A DNA stretch of 64,000 nucleotides from an uncultured Polyangiales bacterium (GCA_964624885.1 CAZUZY010000002.1:13348-77347); one strand, 5' to 3'. Counted from the stretch's first letter, positions 22,842 through 32,695 are shown. A program made the numbers and translations. Notes: generated by a model from the letters alone, not told the origin.

Positions 22842-23719
22842 CAGTACCGCGACGGTTCGTAGATGAAGTCGAGGGTGGGGTAGACGTCGACCGAGCGCAC
22901 GGCCACCCGGTGCCACTTGCCGGCTTCGTCCTTGCGGACCTCCTGCCGGTGGTCGTCGTAGTCGTAGGCGCGCACGCCGAGCGCGAGGCGGGTGTGCCAG
23001 GTCAAGTGGAAGTCGAAGCCGCCGTGCGCTCCGAGGATCCAGGGCGACTTCTCGGGCTCGGGCGTGCCTCGTCCGAGGAACCAGCCGTCCAGGCCGACGC
23101 GGGCCCGGAGGTGCTTGCCGAAGCCCACGTCGTAGGTGACGCGGCCGTGCACACGGGTGCCGTTCAGCGCGGGGCCGAACAGGACCTCGAGCGGCGCGTA
23201 GCCGTCGAGGGGACGGGCGTCGTTCGGCCCGAGGGAGATCCCGATGGCGGTGTCGAGGGCGAGGGTCCACGACCGCTCGTCGCCGTGGGTCGCGAGGAGA
23301 CCGACCGAGGGGACGACGAACCACCCGACGCGACCGCCGCCCTCTTCCCACTTCGGGAACAGGGCGCCCTGGGTGAGCCGCATCGGCACCGTCGGCACCG
23401 AGAGGCCCCAGGTGCTCGCGATCGACCAGAACTCTCCGTGGCGCTCCCGAGGACGGTGCGCAGAGTGACGCACCTTGATCTCCGCGTTGGGCGCGAGGGC
23501 GAGGAAGAGCAGCGGGTGGGTGGCCAGCTCGACGTCGTCACCGACGGGGATGCGCAGCGGATCGAAGAGGCCGATCGACCACTTCTCCACGGGGACCGCC
23601 GTGTCGCGCGCGTGCATCCTCTCGAGACCCCCCGAACCGCGGAGCGGGCCGGTGAGATGGATCTCCTGCGCGGCGGCGGTGGGCGCCAAGAGCAGCAGGC
23701 CGAGGACCAGCGGCCTCAC
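22841..23719 (-). CDS. Secreted hypothetical protein, possibly outer-membrane beta-barrel
   Basis: GTG 23719 lies in the frame of track ORF 22841..25771 and overlaps the TGA of the EEP gene. Signal VRPLVLGLLLLAPTAAAQE. Beta-rich alternating pattern; C-terminus ...VYPTLDFIYEPSRY. Confidence 0.6.
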   Translation of the reverse strand: MRPLVLGLLLLAPTAAAQEIHLTGPLRGSGGLERMHARDTAVPVEKWSIGLFDPLRIPVGDDVELATHPLLFLALAPNAEIKVRHSAHRPRERHGEFWSIASTWGLSVPTVPMRLTQGALFPKWEEGGGRVGWFVVPSVGLLATHGDERSWTLALDTAIGISLGPNDARPLDGYAPLEVLFGPALNGTRVHGRVTYDVGFGKHLRARVGLDGWFLGRGTPEPEKSPWILGAHGGFDFHLTWHTRLALGVRAYDYDDHRQEVRKDEAGKWHRVAVRSVDVYPTLDFIYEPSRY

Positions 23720-24837
23720 GGCAGCACCCAGACGCCCACCACCGGCGCGTGATCGGAGAGCCAGAGTGGATCGCTCCGCACCCCCTGTCGGCCGCTCGTC
23801 TGCAGCACGTCGCCGTCGTGGAACGCACTGCCCTTGCTGGCGAACAGGTGATCGAGCGTGCGGTTCCAGAACCCCGGCTTGCCGGTCTGCGCGCTCACGT
23901 GCCCCGGCCCGAGGACTGTGTGCGAGTAGTAGCGGCGCTGGGCGTCGAGGGTGGTGCCGTACTGCGCGAGCGGGATCGCCGGGACGAACTCGTCGAAGAA
24001 CGGCTGCAGGACCGCCGGCGTGTACGGAGGCTGCTCGAACTCGGTCCCCTTGGCCTTGTCGCTCTCGTCGTCGAACCCGGAGAGCTGGAGCGCGGTCGGG
24101 GGCAGCTCGTTGAAGTCGCCGCCGACGAGCCACGGGCGGGTCTCCTTCGCGAGCAGGTCGTGGATCTGGCGGATCTGCTTCTGCTTGGTGCCGTCCTGGT
24201 CGTAGGCCTCGGTGTGCACCACGTGGAAGGCGAGCTCGCGGTCGCCGACCTTCACGAGCGCCCGCCCGATCGCGCGGTGGATGTAGAACGTGGAGGTGAG
24301 GGCGCCCTGGTCGGTGCGATCCTCCTGCCGGATGCGCTCGGCGAACGTGATCGGGTACTTGGAGAAGATCGCGTTGCCGAGGTCCATCCGCCCGAGCCCT
24401 TCGCTCGGGATCCACCGCGAGGCCCAGGTCTGGAAGTAGGCGCCGTAGTTGAGGCGGGTGTGGTCGAGCACGTGCTGGACCATGTCCACGTACGCCGACC
24501 GCTTGCTGTTCACCTCGATCTCCTCGGTGAGGAGGACGTCGGGGTCGTACTCGTCGATCAGTCGCTCGATGGCCGCGAGGTTGCCGAGCACCTCGGTGCG
24601 GGTCATCTGCACGCGGTCGCCCCAGTAGTCGAACCAGAAGTCGATGCGCGCGGCGCCGTACTTCACGTTCCAGGCCATCACCCGCAGCTCGCGGGGCGCG
24701 GGGTTCGCGGGCGGCACGAGCGTGGCCCGCTCGAACACCGGCACCTCCTCGCGGTCGAAGTCGAAGCTCGCGGCGGGCGGCTCGCAGCCGGAGCCCACGG
24801 CGATCACGACGAGGCCGACGAACGCGAAGGACCGCAC
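23716..24837 (-). CDS. Endonuclease/exonuclease/phosphatase (EEP) family lipoprotein
   Basis: Track ORF of 373 aa. Lipobox VIAVGSGC. EEP motifs LRVMAWNVKYG, LLTEE, GGDFN and SDHAPV. Confidence 0.85.
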   Translation of the reverse strand: MRSFAFVGLVVIAVGSGCEPPAASFDFDREEVPVFERATLVPPANPAPRELRVMAWNVKYGAARIDFWFDYWGDRVQMTRTEVLGNLAAIERLIDEYDPDVLLTEEIEVNSKRSAYVDMVQHVLDHTRLNYGAYFQTWASRWIPSEGLGRMDLGNAIFSKYPITFAERIRQEDRTDQGALTSTFYIHRAIGRALVKVGDRELAFHVVHTEAYDQDGTKQKQIRQIHDLLAKETRPWLVGGDFNELPPTALQLSGFDDESDKAKGTEFEQPPYTPAVLQPFFDEFVPAIPLAQYGTTLDAQRRYYSHTVLGPGHVSAQTGKPGFWNRTLDHLFASKGSAFHDGDVLQTSGRQGVRSDPLWLSDHAPVVGVWVLP

Positions 24838-24849
24838 GGCCCGCGATCC

Positions 24850-24865
24850 TACACGTGAACGTGTA
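24850..24865. promoter_or_regulatory. Inverted repeat in the 41-bp divergent region between the EEP operon and the M18 aminopeptidase gene
   Basis: TACACG-tgaa-CGTGTA has perfect 6-bp arms and contains CACGTG. Confidence 0.25.
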
Positions 24866-24878
24866 CGATGTTGCGCCC

Positions 24879-26126
24879 ATGTCCGAAGCCCGTGACCTCT
24901 GCGCGTTCCTCGACGCGAGTCCCTCCCCTTTCCACGCGGTCCTCGAGGCTCGCCGTCGCCTCCTCGCCGCCGGGTTCCGCGAGCTCTCCGAGCTCGACGC
25001 CTGGAGCCCCCGGCCCGGCGACGCTTGCTTCGTCACGCGCGCCGACGCCTCGCTGATCGCCTTCCGCGTGGGCGAGCCCGCGGCCGGGTTCCGCGTGATC
25101 GGCGCCCACACCGACAGTCCGAACCTGCGCCTGAAGCCCAACGCCGCCGGCGGCAAGGAGGGCTTCGCCCAGCTCGGCGTCGAGGTGTATGGCGGCGCGC
25201 TCCTGCACACCTGGCTCGACCGCGATCTCGGGATCGCGGGTCGCCTGGTGCTCGAGGATCTGTCGCGCCACTTCGTGCGCCTCGACGAGCCGCTGTGCCG
25301 GGTGCCGAGCCTCGCCATCCACCTCGACCGCGAGGTCAACGAGAAGGGCCTCGTGCTCAACCGCCAGCAGCACCTGCCGCCGATCTTCGCGCTCGGCGAC
25401 GGCGAAGAGGCGGGCCGGCGCCTGTTCGCGCGGCTCGCGGAGAAGGCCGGCGTGGAGGCGGCGCGCATCCGCCGCTTCGACCTCGGTCTGTTCGACCTCA
25501 CCCCGGCCGCGATTGGCGGCGAGGACGGCGCGTTCGTGTTCGCCGGGCGCCTCGACAACCTCGCCTCCTGCCACGCGGGGCTCTCGGCGCTGCTGTCCTC
25601 CACCGGCGGTGCGCTGACCCAGGTGGTCGCGCTGTTCGACCACGAGGAGGTGGGCTCGAGCTCGGCCCAGGGCGCGGCCGGCCCGTTCCTCGAGGACGTG
25701 CTGCGTCGCCTCTGTCCCCCCGAGTCGTTCTCGCGCGCCATCGCGGCGAGCTTCTGCGTCTCGGCCGACATGGCCCACGCGGTGCACCCGAACTACGCCG
25801 ACCGCCACGAGCCGAAGCACATGCCCCGGCTCGGCCGCGGCCCGGTGATCAAGGCCAACGCGCAGCAGCGCTACGCGACGGACGGCCTCTCGGCCGCGCG
25901 CTTCGAGGCCGCGTGCCTCGCGGCGGGCTTCGCGCCCCAGGACTTCGTCACGCGGACGGACCTCGCGTGTGGCTCGACCATCGGGCCCATCACCGCGACG
26001 CGGCTCGGCATCCCCACGGTCGACGTGGGCAACCCGATGCTGTCGATGCACTCGTCGCGCGAGATGTGCGGAGCGGCCGACGTGCCAAGGATGGTGGCGG
26101 CGCTGGGCCAGATCCTCGCGCGGTAG
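24879..26126 (+). CDS. M18 family aminopeptidase (aspartyl aminopeptidase-like)
   Basis: Internal ATG 24879 of track ORF 24855..26126. Motifs FLDASPSPFHAV, IGAHTDSPNLRLKP, FDHEEVGS and HSSREM. Confidence 0.9.
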   Translation: MSEARDLCAFLDASPSPFHAVLEARRRLLAAGFRELSELDAWSPRPGDACFVTRADASLIAFRVGEPAAGFRVIGAHTDSPNLRLKPNAAGGKEGFAQLGVEVYGGALLHTWLDRDLGIAGRLVLEDLSRHFVRLDEPLCRVPSLAIHLDREVNEKGLVLNRQQHLPPIFALGDGEEAGRRLFARLAEKAGVEAARIRRFDLGLFDLTPAAIGGEDGAFVFAGRLDNLASCHAGLSALLSSTGGALTQVVALFDHEEVGSSSAQGAAGPFLEDVLRRLCPPESFSRAIAASFCVSADMAHAVHPNYADRHEPKHMPRLGRGPVIKANAQQRYATDGLSAARFEAACLAAGFAPQDFVTRTDLACGSTIGPITATRLGIPTVDVGNPMLSMHSSREMCGAADVPRMVAALGQILAR

Positions 26127-26160
26127 GTCCGGTTGCTTCCGGGCGGAGCCGCTGGTAGGC

Positions 26161-26183
26161 AGTGAGAAGCTCGACTTCTCACT
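26161..26183. promoter_or_regulatory. Perfect 9-bp inverted repeat immediately upstream of the MerR-family gene
   Basis: AGTGAGAAG-ctcga-CTTCTCACT lies 35 nt after the M18 stop and 4 nt before ATG 26188. Confidence 0.35.
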
Positions 26184-26187
26184 CGTC

Positions 26188-26994
26188 ATGAGACCCACCA
26201 AGAACTCCGCCCGCGCCGCTCCCGTGAGCGAGGAGCCCACGCCACCGCGGCTCCTGAAGATGTCGGCGCTCGCGCGGTCGAGCGGCGTACCGGCCGCCAC
26301 CATCAAGCACTACCTCCGGGAGGGCCTCCTGCCCGCGGCGGACGTGAAGACCGCGCGCAACATGGCGTTCTACGACCCGGCGCTCGTCGGGCGGATCCGG
26401 CAGATCAAGGAGCTGCAGCGCACCCACTTCCTGCCGCTCAGGGTGATCAAGGGCGTCCTCGAGGGCCGCGCCTCCGAGGACGACGACGCGGAGACCGCCG
26501 CGGCCATCCGCCGGGCCCTCGACTCGATGGCGCCCTCCGAGGTGCGCACGCGCGCCCAGCTCGTCGCCGGTGGCCTCCCCGAGCGAGAGCTCGTCTTCCT
26601 CGAGTCGCTCGGGCTCGTGGCGCCGGTCGAGCGCCACGGGATCGTCGCCTACACGGGCGACGATCTCGCGCTGTTGCGCATCCTCGGCTCGTCGCGCAAG
26701 ACCGGGCTCACGCGGGAGATGCTGCCGCAGGAGATCCTCGGCTCGTACGTCGCCGCGCTCCGCGAGGTCGTCGAGATCGAGCTCCGCATCTTCCGGGAGG
26801 GTGTCGTGCCGCGCGCGGGCCAGGACCTGCCTCGCCTCACCGACGCGGCGACCCGGTTGTCGGAGCAGCTCGTCGTCCTGATCCGCAGGAAGATGCTGCT
26901 GCCGACGCTGGCCGCGATCGTCGCCGACCACGAGCGAAAGAAGGCCGAGAAGCCCCGCCGCAAGCGCGCGGCCCGGTCGAAGCGGGCGTCCTAG
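26188..26994 (+). CDS. MerR family transcriptional regulator
   Basis: ATG 26188 lies in the frame of track ORF 25969..26994 (alternative ATG 26260 = MSALARSSG...). HTH sequence MSALARSSGVPAATIKHYLREGLLP. Basic C-terminal tail. Confidence 0.85.
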   Translation: MRPTKNSARAAPVSEEPTPPRLLKMSALARSSGVPAATIKHYLREGLLPAADVKTARNMAFYDPALVGRIRQIKELQRTHFLPLRVIKGVLEGRASEDDDAETAAAIRRALDSMAPSEVRTRAQLVAGGLPERELVFLESLGLVAPVERHGIVAYTGDDLALLRILGSSRKTGLTREMLPQEILGSYVAALREVVEIELRIFREGVVPRAGQDLPRLTDAATRLSEQLVVLIRRKMLLPTLAAIVADHERKKAEKPRRKRAARSKRAS

Positions 26995-27040
26995 GCCGTC
27001 TACTTCCCTCCGAAATCGCGAGCCGCTAGGGTCCCGCGCC

Positions 27041-27787
<747 letters not shown>

Positions 27788-27814
27788 TTGCGACGGCGGG
27801 ATAGACTCCGCGCC

Positions 27815-29044
27815 ATGTCGGGTCTCGTCGGAAGGGCCGTCCTCGCCGGGGTGATCGCGCTCGCCGGGTGTTCGTCGAAGGACGCGCCCCCGGCGACCGC
27901 CGAGGACACGGGAGGCGAGGCGAGCGTCGCGCTGCCACCGTGGGCCATCGAGGCTCACGTCCTCGTCTCCGGGCACGACCCGGTGAGCGAGGACTGCCGC
28001 ACCGGGATCTGTCGCCACAACGAGAACACCGACCTGCTCGTGTGGAAGGGCGCCACCTATCTGGTGCACCGCACCGCCATCAGCCAGGTCCTCGGGCCGA
28101 ACAGCTCGCTGCGCATCTCGCGCACCACCGACGCGGGCAAGACCTGGGAGCCGCTCGCGACGATCCCCGCGCCGCTCGCCAAGCTCGGGCCCGACGACAA
28201 GGCCGACAAGGGACGCGACCTGCGTGACCCGTCGCTCTACGTCGTCGGCGACACGCTGCACCTCAAGGCGCTCACGCGGCTCCCGATCGTCTCGACGCGT
28301 GACGCGGGCGTCGACACCATCACCGTGCACAGCACCAGCACCGACGGCAAGACCTGGACGCCGCTCACCGCGATGGGCCCGCTCGGTCAGAGCTTCTGGC
28401 GCATCAAGAAGGCGCCGGACGGCAACTACTACAACGCGGCCTACGAGGACGCCGATCAGGCCGTGACGCTGTACTCGTCACCCGACGGCGTGACCTGGAC
28501 CAGGGGCGCGACGGTGTGGAGCGCCGCGGCGGACACCCCGCTCGAGACGGAGATCGAGTTCTTGCCCAAGGGGAAGATGCTCCTCCTCGTGCGCATGGAC
28601 GGAGACCCGGACAAGGCCGAATACCTGGACCCCGCGGCGCCGGGCGCGCGACAGCGGACGAAGGTCTGCTGGGCATCGCCGCCGTATTCGAAGGTCGACT
28701 GCCCGCAGGAGCTCACCAACGCGCGACTGGACGGCCCGGTGAGCTTCCAATGGAAAGGACGTTTGTTCGTCCTCGCACGCTCGCACCTTGCCGCAGTGAA
28801 GAAGCGGACGAGCCTGTTCGAGCTGAGCGGCGACCTCGACGGCGGGCCGCTCACGCTCAAGAACTGGGGTGACCTGCCGAGCGCGGGAGACACCGCCTAC
28901 GCCGGTGTCGCGCCGGTGGACGCCAACCGCTTCCTCGTGACCTGGTACTCGAGCGACGTCGGCGACGACCCGAACTGGCTCTACGGCATGGCGGGCCTGA
29001 CGGACGTGTGGCAGGGGACGCTCGATCTCTCGCGGCTGCCGTGA
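27815..29044 (+). CDS. BNR/sialidase-like beta-propeller lipoprotein
   Basis: Internal ATG 27815 of track ORF 27788..29044. Lipobox VIALAGC. BNR-type motifs TTDAGKTW, STDGKTW and SPDGVTW. Confidence 0.7.
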   Translation: MSGLVGRAVLAGVIALAGCSSKDAPPATAEDTGGEASVALPPWAIEAHVLVSGHDPVSEDCRTGICRHNENTDLLVWKGATYLVHRTAISQVLGPNSSLRISRTTDAGKTWEPLATIPAPLAKLGPDDKADKGRDLRDPSLYVVGDTLHLKALTRLPIVSTRDAGVDTITVHSTSTDGKTWTPLTAMGPLGQSFWRIKKAPDGNYYNAAYEDADQAVTLYSSPDGVTWTRGATVWSAAADTPLETEIEFLPKGKMLLLVRMDGDPDKAEYLDPAAPGARQRTKVCWASPPYSKVDCPQELTNARLDGPVSFQWKGRLFVLARSHLAAVKKRTSLFELSGDLDGGPLTLKNWGDLPSAGDTAYAGVAPVDANRFLVTWYSSDVGDDPNWLYGMAGLTDVWQGTLDLSRLP

Positions 29045-29728
29045 CGGTCGGAGCGTGGTGTGCGCGCGCTGCGTGACAGACTTCCTTTCGTCATCCAGGA
29101 CCGCGAAGCATCGCCGCGCGCGCTCCGCTTCCGCTGAGATTCGTCAAAAGCGCACGCGCATCGGTTGCGCGGCGGCCCGCCAGAAAGAGCGTTCGTTCGT
29201 GATTCTCACCCGTCGTTTCGTCTCGCTCTACGGCTGAGCACTGGCGACCCGAGGGAAAAACAAGGCCGTCGTCGGCGAGTGTTCCCTCGGTCTCCGCGAC
29301 CGTGCGCCGGCACACCAAGTGCTTGGTGAGGAGCGCCAACGTGTAACCAGGCCCCTTTTCCGGAGCCATCGTCCGGAGCCAGCCAAGCGAGGATGCAAGC
29401 CATGCGTTTTCGCGAAGCTCTCGCGCAGCACAGGGCCCTCAGTCAAACCGAGAAACCAAGGATAGGTCCCCCTAAGGACCATTGTGCGACGCGAAGAAGT
29501 GTGCGAACAACGCCCCGCATCGAGTCCCAGTGCATGAGCCTCGAGAGCGTGGTTCCGAAGTAAGAAGCGCAAGCTGGAAGACGTGCGCGAGGGCTCGACG
29601 GGCCGCCTGTGACCCCAACCGAGCGCGAGCGAACAGCGGTCGCCGAAGACGATCGCTGGTGGACAGTTCGGCTTCAACCCGGCCGGCGAGGGCACCTCGC
29701 TCGAGCTAGCAGAGGGAGCATTCACTCC

Positions 29729-32695
29729 ATGAAAAAGTATACGAAACCAATCTCGCTCAGTAGCTTCGGGCTGCTCGCAGCGAGCATGTTGCTGGTCAGC
29801 GCCTGCGAAGGCTCCGCCGGGGAAGCCGGCGCGGCCGGGGCACCCTGCTCGGTCAAGGCGAACACCGACGGCTCCTCCACGATCACGTGTCCGGACGGCA
29901 CGTCCGTCACGGTGACCGGTGGCAAGGGCGACAAGGGCGACCCGGGCGACGCGGGCGCCAAGGGCGATCCGGGCGACTCGGGCACCTCGTGCACGATCGT
30001 CGACAACCCCGATGGCACCAAGACCATCACCTGCACCGACGGCACCAAGATCACGCTCTCGACCTCCACGGTCGACTACGCGCTGCTCTCTCCCGCCGAG
30101 AAGGAAGTCCTCGATCCCACGCTCACCATCGTGAAGGCGGACTTCCCGGCCGATGGCAAGCCGGTCCTGACCATGAAGGTCACCGACCGCAAGGGCATGC
30201 CGGTCAAGGGGCTCAACGCCCTCACCGACGGCGCGGGCATCAGCTGGCGCGCGGCGGTCCTCAAGCTCGAGCCGGGCTGCACCACGGGCACGGCGTGCGC
30301 GGGCAAGAGCGCGGCCGACACCTGGATCAGCTACATGGCCGCCAACGCGACCTCGAGCGCGAGCACCGAGTCGGCGTCGACCACCGCGGCGGCAACGGCG
30401 ACGGCCGGTCTCCTCAAGGACAACGGCGACGGCACGTACACCTACACCTTCGCCAAGGTCATCAACGTCGAGGCGTCGGCCGGCACCAAGTACGAGGCCG
30501 ACAAGACCCACCGCATCGCGGTCATCGCTTCGAAGTCGGGCAACCCGTTCCGCCCGATGAACGCCTACAAGGACCTCGTGCCCGCCACCGGCGCGGACAT
30601 GACCGGCAAGAACGACAAGGTCAACGGCGCCAACTGCCTGAACTGCCACTCGGAGTTCCGCGGCCGCGCCCTCAAGTCGGCCGACTTCCATGGCGGCGCG
30701 CGCTACGAGACGCACATCTGCGTCGCGTGCCACAACGACCAGCGCAAGTACTCGAGCACCGGCGCCGTCACGGCGGAGCCGACCATGACCGCGAGCGCGA
30801 CCACGCCGCCCACGTTCAAGTGGACCGGCAACGCGGCGGTGATCAACGGTGAGGCGGTCATCAACTGGCCGGTCTTCGTCCACAAGATCCACATGGGCGA
30901 GGAGCTCAGCCTCAAGGCCGATCGCGCCGGCGGCGGCGGCGGCTACTCCGCGGTCCAGTTCGACGAGGTCACCTACCCGCAGGACATCCGCAACTGCGCC
31001 AAGTGCCACAGCACGGCCGACAAGGCCGACAACTGGAAGAACCTGCCGAGCCGGCGCGCCTGCGGCGCCTGCCACGACGGCGTCTCCTTCGAGGCGACCC
31101 CGCCGGTCGGCCGCAAGGCCCACACGGGCGGCGCCAAGACCGACGACACCACGTGCACCCTCTGCCACACGGCGGCGGACATCACGGCCAAGCACATCCC
31201 GGTGACCCCGCCGGCGGCCATCACCACCGGCACCCTGCCGAGCTCCCCGGACGGCCAGTACGTCCAGTCGGGCTGGCAGTTCATCGGTGGCGCCAACAAG
31301 AGCTGCACCGTGGCTGCTCCGTGCACCTGCACGACGCTCAACCCGTGCCTGCCGAGCGCCAACAGCAACGCGGCCTACCTCGCCGGCACGGGCTTCGTCC
31401 CGACGGGCGCGGCCAAGATCACCTACGACGTCAAGGAAGTCCTCGTCGACGCGACGACCAAGAACCCGAAGATCGTCTTCAAGCTGCTCAAGGACGGCAC
31501 GGACGTCGACTTCGGCACCTACGCGGCCGGCACCAAGACCGAGCTGATGGACGGCTTCGTCGGTTCGCCCAGCGCGTACTTCGCCTGGTCGCTCCCGCAG
31601 GACGGCATCGCCACCCCGGTCGACTTCAATGCGAGCGCCAGCGTCTACATCAAGGGCGCGTGGGACGGCTCCACCACGGGGATGACGCTCACGCGTGACA
31701 GCGCGACGGGCTACTACACCCTCACCGTGGGGACCGTGGTCCTCCCGTCGACGGCCAAGATGCTGACCGGTGGCATCGGCTACACGTACAGCATGACGAG
31801 CACCCAGCCGCTGACGCAGACCAGCGTGGCCGCGTACTCGTACTCCGCCACGACCAAGATGGGTGGCCTCATCGTGCCGGCGCCGAACGTCTGGAAGACC
31901 GCCACGGGCTACACCGCCCGTCGCGCGATCGTCGAGACGGCGCGCTGCAACAAGTGCCACGACGGCCTCGGCGTCGCGCCGACCTTCCACACCGGTCAGC
32001 GCAACGACGGCCCGACCTGCTCGTTCTGCCACAACCCGAACCGCGTCAACGGCGGCTGGGCGGTGAACGCGAAGGACATCATCCACGCCATCCACGGCTC
32101 CGAGAAGCGCACCGTGCCGTTCACCTGGCATGGTGAGATCAAGGCCTGGAAGGTCGCCTACCCCGGCGTCCTGAACAACTGCCAGCAGTGCCACGTTGCC
32201 GGCGGCAACGACTTCAGCACGACCGCGGCGACCAGCGCGCTGCCGAACATGCTGTACAGCACCGCCGCCACCGGCACCTACAGCAACGCGCCCACCGCGC
32301 CGGCGACCATCGGTCCGTTCATCGCGCCGTACGTCACGCCCGGCACGAACTACGGCAACGGCTACGCGACGTCGAACCAGACCACGGGCGTCCGCACCAC
32401 GGGCACCCAGGGTGGCGTCGCCTGCACGCCGAGCGCGCCCTGCACCTGCACGACCACTGCGCCGTGCGTCTGCTCGCTGACCGCGCCCTGCGAGGCCGAG
32501 TCGACGACCCTCGTCCACTCGCCGATCACCGCCGCCTGCAGTGCTTGCCACGACAGCACTGTCGCCAAGAAGCACTTCGCGGACAACAACGGCTCGCTCT
32601 ACCTGCCGCGTAGCGTCGCTATCGGCAAGCCCGAGCAGTGCCTGATGTGCCACGGACCTGGCAAGGTCGCGGCCATCGCCGACGTGCACCAGTAG
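29729..32695 (+). CDS. Decaheme c-type cytochrome lipoprotein, OmcA/MtrC-like, with N-terminal collagen-like segment
   Basis: ATG 29729 lies in the frame of track ORF 29609..32695 and is preceded by GAGGGAG. Lipobox LLVSAC (Cys26). There are exactly 10 CxxCH motifs, with first Cys at aa 303, 331, 423, 445, 476 and 740, 764, 818, 937, 971. These form two pentaheme groups separated by a ~260-aa heme-free region. Seven Gly-X-Y triplets at aa 64-85. Confidence 0.85.
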   Translation: MKKYTKPISLSSFGLLAASMLLVSACEGSAGEAGAAGAPCSVKANTDGSSTITCPDGTSVTVTGGKGDKGDPGDAGAKGDPGDSGTSCTIVDNPDGTKTITCTDGTKITLSTSTVDYALLSPAEKEVLDPTLTIVKADFPADGKPVLTMKVTDRKGMPVKGLNALTDGAGISWRAAVLKLEPGCTTGTACAGKSAADTWISYMAANATSSASTESASTTAAATATAGLLKDNGDGTYTYTFAKVINVEASAGTKYEADKTHRIAVIASKSGNPFRPMNAYKDLVPATGADMTGKNDKVNGANCLNCHSEFRGRALKSADFHGGARYETHICVACHNDQRKYSSTGAVTAEPTMTASATTPPTFKWTGNAAVINGEAVINWPVFVHKIHMGEELSLKADRAGGGGGYSAVQFDEVTYPQDIRNCAKCHSTADKADNWKNLPSRRACGACHDGVSFEATPPVGRKAHTGGAKTDDTTCTLCHTAADITAKHIPVTPPAAITTGTLPSSPDGQYVQSGWQFIGGANKSCTVAAPCTCTTLNPCLPSANSNAAYLAGTGFVPTGAAKITYDVKEVLVDATTKNPKIVFKLLKDGTDVDFGTYAAGTKTELMDGFVGSPSAYFAWSLPQDGIATPVDFNASASVYIKGAWDGSTTGMTLTRDSATGYYTLTVGTVVLPSTAKMLTGGIGYTYSMTSTQPLTQTSVAAYSYSATTKMGGLIVPAPNVWKTATGYTARRAIVETARCNKCHDGLGVAPTFHTGQRNDGPTCSFCHNPNRVNGGWAVNAKDIIHAIHGSEKRTVPFTWHGEIKAWKVAYPGVLNNCQQCHVAGGNDFSTTAATSALPNMLYSTAATGTYSNAPTAPATIGPFIAPYVTPGTNYGNGYATSNQTTGVRTTGTQGGVACTPSAPCTCTTTAPCVCSLTAPCEAESTTLVHSPITAACSACHDSTVAKKHFADNNGSLYLPRSVAIGKPEQCLMCHGPGKVAAIADVHQ

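Noticed and set aside
22841-25771. A 976-aa minus-strand ORF spanning three real genes
   Set aside because: Only its last 292 codons, from GTG 23719, make a sensible secreted protein. Upstream it runs out of frame through the EEP gene and antisense through the M18 aminopeptidase gene.
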